Notes under the pieces: model-generated
Database searches by the model: none
Told to the model about the DNA's origin: nothing
What the model saw: the letters and a program-made list of their open reading frames with translations, nothing else
Made by a program: the position numbers and the translations under genes
NCBI GenBank assembly: GCA_900318665.1
Contig: ONLQ01000003.1
Location: 12,387-76,386, forward strand
From: an uncultured Bacteroidales bacterium
Lineage (GTDB): Bacteria > Bacteroidota > Bacteroidia > Bacteroidales > P3
Direction of reading: 5' to 3'
Length of the DNA: 64,000 nucleotides
In this document: piece after piece, positions 58,418 through 64,000 of the stretch
How positions within the stretch are numbered: the stretch's first letter is position 1
How the letters are laid out: each line of letters starts with the position of its first letter

Positions 58418-58425
58418 GAAACACC

Positions 58426-60561
58426 ATGGCACAACGCCCCAACACACCGCAGCCCAACAACCCGAAGAAAGGTCCTCGTCCAACAGGCTCTGTAATAATG
58501 TATGTCATCTACGCTGTGCTTATCATAGGCCTCAGCAGCATGCTCTTCTCTGGCAACAAGTCCAACAGCCACGAGATAGAGTGGAACCGCCTGACATACA
58601 TCATCAAGAATCACGACTACGAAAAAATTGTCGTGGTCAACAACGAGTATGCCGAAATCTATATCAGCGATGAGGGAATGCGCCGCGATACCACCTATCG
58701 CGAACTCTACGGACGCTCTATCTTTGGCGACCGCAACACCGAACGCGGCTTCTATCGCTACAACAGCGTTGGCAGCCTCGACCATTTCGACAAAGAACTC
58801 GAGCGCATAGAGAACGAGACCGGCGAGCATATCACCTATTCCATCGAGCGCCGTTCCGACACCTGGCGCGAAATCCTTGTGATTTTCGGACCCCTCGTGC
58901 TCCTCATTCTCTTCTTCGTCTTTATGAGCCGCGCCTCCATGCGTCAGATGGGTGGCGGCGGTGGCATCTTCGGCGTAGGCAAATCGCGCGCCAAGATGTA
59001 CGACGGCAAGACGCCCACCAACACCACGTTCAAAGACGTGGCAGGCCTTGAGGGCGCCAAGGAAGAGGTCATGGAAGTGGTCGATTTCCTCAAAAATCCC
59101 AAACGCTACACCAGCCTCGGCGGCAAGATTCCCAAGGGCGTGCTCCTCGTAGGCCCTCCGGGCACCGGCAAGACGCTCCTCGCCAAAGCCGTGGCGGGCG
59201 AGGCCAATGTGCCGTTCTTCTCGCTGTCGGGTAGTGACTTCGTCGAAATGTTTGTCGGCGTGGGCGCCTCGCGAGTGCGCGACCTCTTTGAGGAGGCCAA
59301 GAAGAAAGCCCCCTGCATTGTCTTTATCGACGAGATTGACGCCGTGGGACGCGCACGCGGCCACGGTGCCATGAGCAACGCCAACGACGAGCGCGAGAAC
59401 ACCCTCAACGCCCTCCTTACCGAGATGGACGGCTTCAGCAGCGGCACCAACGTCATAGTCATGGCAGCCACCAACCGCGCCGACGTTCTCGACAAGGCCC
59501 TGCTACGTGCCGGTCGTTTCGACCGCCAGATTTATGTCGAACTGCCCGACCTCGAAGAGCGCAAAGCCATCTTCAAGGTGCATCTCAAAGGGCTGAAGAT
59601 TAGCAAGGAAGGCGAAGGCAAGATTAGCCGCAGTTTCCTCGCCAAGCAGACCCCCGGTTTTTCGGGTGCCGACATCGCCAACGTGTGCAACGAGGCCGCC
59701 CTCGTGGCTGCACGCAAAGGCAAAAACAAGATAGAGAAGCAGGACTTCCTCGATGCCATAGACCGCATTGTGGGCGGCTTGGAGAAACGCACCAAGGTGC
59801 TCACCGACCACGAGAAGCACACCATAGCCCACCACGAGTCGGGACACGCCTCCGTCAGTTGGCTGCTGCGCTGGGCCAGCCCGCTGGTGAAAGTCACCAT
59901 CGTGCCGCGCGGCAAGGCATTGGGCGCCGCATGGTATCTGCCCGAAGAACGCCAGATTACCACCTACGAGCAGATGTTCGACGAGATGACCTCGCTCATG
60001 GCAGGCCGTGCCGCCGAAGAGACTTTCTATGGCAAAATTAGCACCGGAGCCCTCAACGACATAGAGCGTGCCACCAAGATGGCCTTCTCTATGGTGGCCT
60101 ACTACGGCATGAGCCCCGAGGTTGGCAACATCAGTTACTACGACTCCACCGGCCAGAGCGATTTCACCTTCTCCAAACCTTTCAGCCAAAAGACCAACGA
60201 GACCATCGACGCCGAGGTGCGCCGCCTTGTAGAATCCGCCTACCAGCGCGCGCTCGACATCATTCGCGAGCATCGCGACCAAATCGACACCCTTGCGTCG
60301 CAACTCTACGAGCGCGAGGTGCTGTTCCGCGAGGACCTCGTCAACATCTTTGGCGAACGCCCATGGGAAGCCAAGCAGAGCAAAGACCTTGAGCGCGGCA
60401 GTAAAGCCGAAGCTAGCGACGAGGCCGAAGAGACTGAAACCAAGGAGACGCAGACCGAGTCAACTCCAGCCGAAGAACCTCACGCCGAGCAAACCGACAA
60501 CAACGAGGTGGCAGACAACGCCACGCCGTCGGAGTCTGACAACGACAAACAAGAACAATAG
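58426..60561 (+). CDS. ftsH: ATP-dependent zinc metalloprotease FtsH
   Basis: Walker [14 protein letters not shown], Walker B IVFIDEID, the SRH region, and the HESGHA zinc site. The C-terminal tail is acidic. Confidence 0.95.
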   Translation: MAQRPNTPQPNNPKKGPRPTGSVIMYVIYAVLIIGLSSMLFSGNKSNSHEIEWNRLTYIIKNHDYEKIVVVNNEYAEIYISDEGMRRDTTYRELYGRSIFGDRNTERGFYRYNSVGSLDHFDKELERIENETGEHITYSIERRSDTWREILVIFGPLVLLILFFVFMSRASMRQMGGGGGIFGVGKSRAKMYDGKTPTNTTFKDVAGLEGAKEEVMEVVDFLKNPKRYTSLGGKIPKGVLLVGPPGTGKTLLAKAVAGEANVPFFSLSGSDFVEMFVGVGASRVRDLFEEAKKKAPCIVFIDEIDAVGRARGHGAMSNANDERENTLNALLTEMDGFSSGTNVIVMAATNRADVLDKALLRAGRFDRQIYVELPDLEERKAIFKVHLKGLKISKEGEGKISRSFLAKQTPGFSGADIANVCNEAALVAARKGKNKIEKQDFLDAIDRIVGGLEKRTKVLTDHEKHTIAHHESGHASVSWLLRWASPLVKVTIVPRGKALGAAWYLPEERQITTYEQMFDEMTSLMAGRAAEETFYGKISTGALNDIERATKMAFSMVAYYGMSPEVGNISYYDSTGQSDFTFSKPFSQKTNETIDAEVRRLVESAYQRALDIIREHRDQIDTLASQLYEREVLFREDLVNIFGERPWEAKQSKDLERGSKAEASDEAEETETKETQTESTPAEEPHAEQTDNNEVADNATPSESDNDKQEQ

Positions 60562-60565
60562 CCTT

Positions 60566-61414
60566 ATGAAAAACTTTTGGACACGAACCCTTTCCGCCAC
60601 CATCTATGCCCTGCTTTTCGTAGGTTGCATCTATACCAAGCAACTGACAGGCAGCCTTTTGGCAGGCAGCCTCATCTTTGCGGCGTTCATACTGTTTGTT
60701 GCCGAGGGTTGCACCTTCGAGTTTTTCCGCCTGGTGGAGAAAGCCGGCGCACGCCCCATAAAACCCGTAGGCTATCTTCTGAGCGCCATAATAAGCCTGA
60801 GCATCTCGCTATCCATCATTTTATTCTCGAAAGACCATATTGATTTTGTAGCATTGCCGCTTATCGGCACTCTCTTTCTCGCCACACCTACCCTGCTCAT
60901 AGCGCAACTGTGGCGCAAGTCCGACCGACCCTTTGCCGACACCGCCTACACCATCTTTCCCGCCATCTACGCCGCATTTCCGCTCGGCCTCATGGCACCG
61001 CTCAACGATTTTTATAACGTGATGATGATGGTGCTAATACTTGTGTGGCTCAACGACTCGTGCGCCTATATGGGCGGCTCGCTCTTTGGTCGCCACAAGA
61101 TGTGGCCGCGCCACTCCCCCGGCAAGACCTGGGAAGGCACCGCCATAGGCGTGGCAATGACTATCGTGGTCGCGCTGCTCGTAGGCCCGCTGTTCGACAC
61201 CCGTCTGCAATGGTTCGACTGGCTGGTTGTTGGCATCATTTGCAGCGTCATCGACACGCTGGGCGACCTCGTGGAGTCTATGCTCAAGCGCACCGTAGGC
61301 GTCAAAGACAGCGGCAACATCATGCCCGGCCACGGCGGCTTACTCGACCGTTTCGACAGCCTGCTAATCATCATTCCGTTCATTACATTATATCTGATTA
61401 TTTCGGTCAACTAA
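60566..61414 (+). CDS. cdsA: phosphatidate cytidylyltransferase
   Basis: The ND..AY..G..FG..K......SP.KTWEG and S..KR...VKDSG...PGHGG.LDR.DS signature is present. The start was re-assigned from 60293 to the ATG at 60566. Confidence 0.9.
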   Translation: MKNFWTRTLSATIYALLFVGCIYTKQLTGSLLAGSLIFAAFILFVAEGCTFEFFRLVEKAGARPIKPVGYLLSAIISLSISLSIILFSKDHIDFVALPLIGTLFLATPTLLIAQLWRKSDRPFADTAYTIFPAIYAAFPLGLMAPLNDFYNVMMMVLILVWLNDSCAYMGGSLFGRHKMWPRHSPGKTWEGTAIGVAMTIVVALLVGPLFDTRLQWFDWLVVGIICSVIDTLGDLVESMLKRTVGVKDSGNIMPGHGGLLDRFDSLLIIIPFITLYLIISVN

Positions 61415-61471
61415 TAACACGCCACACCGAGACACACATACGCTAACCCTCGCAAAAAACATTCTTTAGAC

Positions 61472-62152
61472 ATGTATTTCCACAAAGAAGGACGCAAAAT
61501 AATCTTCGTCACGCTGGCGGTGGTCCTTGTCATCTATGCCGCCATGATTTTCTTTGTCCGCGACTGGACCTTCTTCCACGGCCTTTTCATGTGCATTCTG
61601 CTGCTTTTCTGGATGGCCATAACGTTGTTTTTCCGCATTCCCCGCCGCATCTTCACCGAGGACTTTCAGCAACTTATAGCCCCTGCCGACGGCACCATCG
61701 TCACCATCGAGGAGGTTATGGAGAAGGAGTATATCAAGGAAGAGTGCATGATGATTAGCATCTTCATGAGCGGCACCGACGTGCATGTGAACCGCTATCC
61801 CTGCGACGGCGTGGTGGAATATGCCAAATATCACCGTGGCAACTATTTCATAGCCTCCTATCCCAAGAGCAGCGACCTCAACGAGCGCACCACGGTAGGC
61901 CTACGCCTTGCCGACGGACAGAAAATCGTTCTTCGCCAGGTGGCCGGCACCATGGCTCGCCGCATAGTGTGCTATGCCCGCGAAGGCGAGGTGGTGAAAC
62001 AGAACCAAGAGATGGGCTTTATTAAATTCGGCTCGCGCGTCGATATCTTCGTTCCCAAGACCTTCAAAATCAATGTCGATTTGCAGGACAAGGTGCGCAA
62101 CGCCATCAGCCCCATAGCCCACATAGTGCCAGCGCAGTCCACAACAGACTGA
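61472..62152 (+). CDS. psd: phosphatidylserine decarboxylase family protein (short archaeal/Bacteroidetes type)
   Basis: A FFR.P.R..........ADG pattern and a FGSRVD (GS cleavage-site-like) motif are present. Confidence 0.8.
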   Translation: MYFHKEGRKIIFVTLAVVLVIYAAMIFFVRDWTFFHGLFMCILLLFWMAITLFFRIPRRIFTEDFQQLIAPADGTIVTIEEVMEKEYIKEECMMISIFMSGTDVHVNRYPCDGVVEYAKYHRGNYFIASYPKSSDLNERTTVGLRLADGQKIVLRQVAGTMARRIVCYAREGEVVKQNQEMGFIKFGSRVDIFVPKTFKINVDLQDKVRNAISPIAHIVPAQSTTD

Positions 62153-62175
62153 ACACGTCAAAAAACCGTCAGCCA

Positions 62176-62862
62176 ATGCCCCTCGACCTGTCTGACCAGA
62201 TAATCTATGAGGACAACCACCTCATAGCCCTCAACAAGAGGGCGGGACAGATAGTGCAAGGCGACAAAACAGGCGACACCCCTCTCTGCGACGAGATAAA
62301 GGCCTATCTCAAGCAGCGCGACAACAAGCCCGGCAACGTTTTCTGCGGTGTAATCCACCGACTGGACCGCCCCGTGAGCGGCATAGTGGTCTTTGCCAAG
62401 ACCAGCAAGGCGCTTGCCCGCATGAACGCCCTCGTGCAGTCGCGCCAGTTCCACAAGACCTATTGGGCCATAGTCCGCCAGCAGCCACCGCAGCTTCAAG
62501 GCACCCTGCGCGACTACCTGCTTCGCAACGAGCAAAAGAACAAATCGTTCGTAGTTGCTGCCAACACCGCCAACGCCAAAGAGGCTATACTCGACTACGA
62601 AATGCTTGCCACCTCCAAAGGGGGCTACCATCTGCTTGAAATCCACCTTCACACCGGCCGCCACCATCAGATACGCTGCCAGTTAGCCAATATGGGGTGT
62701 CCCATTCGCGGCGACCTCAAATACGGCTATCCGCGTTCCAATGCCGACGGCGGCATCTCGCTCCACGCCCACAGCCTCTCTTTTGTCCACCCCGTCAGCC
62801 ACGCCGAGATTGTATTGACGGCTCCCTGGCGTGAAGCCGAAATTTTCGATAATGTCCGATAG
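62176..62862 (+). CDS. RluA family pseudouridine synthase
   Basis: The catalytic HRLDRPVSG motif and HTGRHHQIR are present. Confidence 0.85.
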   Translation: MPLDLSDQIIYEDNHLIALNKRAGQIVQGDKTGDTPLCDEIKAYLKQRDNKPGNVFCGVIHRLDRPVSGIVVFAKTSKALARMNALVQSRQFHKTYWAIVRQQPPQLQGTLRDYLLRNEQKNKSFVVAANTANAKEAILDYEMLATSKGGYHLLEIHLHTGRHHQIRCQLANMGCPIRGDLKYGYPRSNADGGISLHAHSLSFVHPVSHAEIVLTAPWREAEIFDNVR

Positions 62863-62905
62863 CGGCCACACGGCGCTATCACCACAGCATAACATCTTTC
62901 CAGCA

Positions 62906-64000
62906 ATGAAACGACTGTCATCTATCATACTTCTTCTTTTCCCCATAGTGCTTTGGGCGCAGACTCTCAAGCCTATTGCCAACATTATGAGCCAGGCCAC
63001 GCTGCAGTTCCACAGCGAGCAGCCCTCTGCCACCACTGTCGCAACGCCTCTGGGACATTTCACACGGCTGTCGCTGCCCTCGTGCGGCAGCACCCATAAG
63101 GTTGGCGCGCCGCGACTGCCTGTCTATCGCCAGCATATCGAAATCCCCGTATGCGGCAACATCGAAATCACAGCCCGTCCCACCGACAGCGTTGTTGTCG
63201 CTCTTGCTGACCTCGGCGCGTCGCATCCCGTCATTCCCGTGCAGCCAAAACGCCGCAAAAGCGACACCGCCGCACACCCCTTCGCCTACAATGCCGAGGC
63301 CTACACCGCCACCCGCATCAGCCAACCCCTCGCCAGCATAGTGCCGATAGGCATAGCACGCAGCCGCCGTCTAGCACGCATAGAGATTAGCCCTGTGGCC
63401 TACAATCCAGAGCAAGGCACACTAACCGTATATAGCGACATCGACATAACGCTGCGCTACAAAGACGTAGATGCCGACGCCACGCAACGCCTCTCGCTCT
63501 ACGCCACGCCTTCCTACCCCGCGCCAGCCAACACCATAGCCCTCGCCACAGGCAAAGCCGCCAAAAGCATAGCCCATCACGCACCGATGCGCTACATCAT
63601 CATTTCCGCCCCCATGTTTCGCGGACACCTCGACCAACTTGTGGAATGGAAACGCCAGCAGGGCTACCTCACCGAAATCTATTACACCGACAATCCCGCC
63701 GTGGGGCAGACCATTGCCTCCATACGCGCCTTCCTAAAACAGCAATACACCTCGGCCACGCACGCTTCGCCAGCACCCGACTATGTGCTGCTGGTGGGCG
63801 ACATCGACCAACTGCCATCGTTCCGCACACGCGTTACCGACAACGGCATCCTGGGCGGCGTGGCACACATCACCGACCTCTACTATTTCACCTGGACCGA
63901 CGACTTCGTTCCCGACTGCCTCTACGGCCGCCTCTCTGCCAACAGCGTCGAGGAACTGCAGCCGCAGATAGACAAGACGCTCTACTACGAGCAATACGAT
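62906..64000 (+). CDS. peptidase C25 (gingipain-like) family protein; 3' end runs off the window
   Basis: My own reading from the ATG at 62906: MKRLSSIILLLFPIVLWAQ..., a propeptide-like N-terminus, then MRYIIISAP.F...L..LV.WKRQQGY and YVLLVGDIDQLPSF. The frame is open for 365 codons to the window edge, and it is not on the ORF track. Confidence 0.65.
   Translation, partial: MKRLSSIILLLFPIVLWAQTLKPIANIMSQATLQFHSEQPSATTVATPLGHFTRLSLPSCGSTHKVGAPRLPVYRQHIEIPVCGNIEITARPTDSVVVALADLGASHPVIPVQPKRRKSDTAAHPFAYNAEAYTATRISQPLASIVPIGIARSRRLARIEISPVAYNPEQGTLTVYSDIDITLRYKDVDADATQRLSLYATPSYPAPANTIALATGKAAKSIAHHAPMRYIIISAPMFRGHLDQLVEWKRQQGYLTEIYYTDNPAVGQTIASIRAFLKQQYTSATHASPAPDYVLLVGDIDQLPSFRTRVTDNGILGGVAHITDLYYFTWTDDFVPDCLYGRLSANSVEELQPQIDKTLYYEQYD

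Noticed and set aside
60293-60565. A long N-terminal extension of the cdsA ORF that overlaps the ftsH 3' end.
   Set aside because: It is low-complexity R/K/P/T-rich sequence in an alternative frame of the acidic FtsH tail. The canonical membrane start MKNFWTRTL lies at 60566, just after the ftsH stop.
1-64000. A scan of the whole window for CRISPR arrays, rRNA genes, integrases, transposases, reverse transcriptases and IS inverted repeats.
   Set aside because: I saw no regularly spaced direct repeats and no recognisable recombinase, RT or transposase motifs in any long ORF. The only repeats found are those reported at 31.4-33.3 kb and inside the T9SS gene.

Overview
This window is a Bacteroidales-type chromosome segment. 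The supporting signs are TAnnTTTG -7 promoter boxes, a T9SS-sorted surface protein, a gingipain-like C25 peptidase, a GWxTD protein and DUF1599/BT_3928-type neighbours. The taxon is possibly Prevotellaceae-like. Sampled 60-nt lines of core genes are about 55-60% G+C. Most of the window is tightly packed housekeeping: ridA, bcp, purA, murB, kdsA, yajC, anmK, alaS, gltX, nadD, cdaA, folP, tsaE, rsfS, ftsH, cdsA, psd, a tRNA-Ser(CGA), and envelope or protease genes. I see no CRISPR array, rRNA, integrase or transposase. The exception is a ~9.5 kb accessory island at about 24.0-33.5 kb, between a 7TM-HD (PgpH-like) gene and anmK. All of its genes are on the + strand. In order it holds: a DUF1016/YhcG nuclease pseudogene; a tightly coupled HU-like / HNH nuclease / SAM-methyltransferase-HIT trio; a much more AT-rich DUF2971 + 755-aa pair whose large protein may carry a PIN-like core; a repeat- and hairpin-rich ~700 bp non-coding stretch; an orphan RhuM gene; and a second DUF1016 stub. 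My best candidates for an undescribed conflict or defence system are these two modules: 25566-27959 and 28039-31378. All functional calls come from reading motifs by eye, because no database search could be run.
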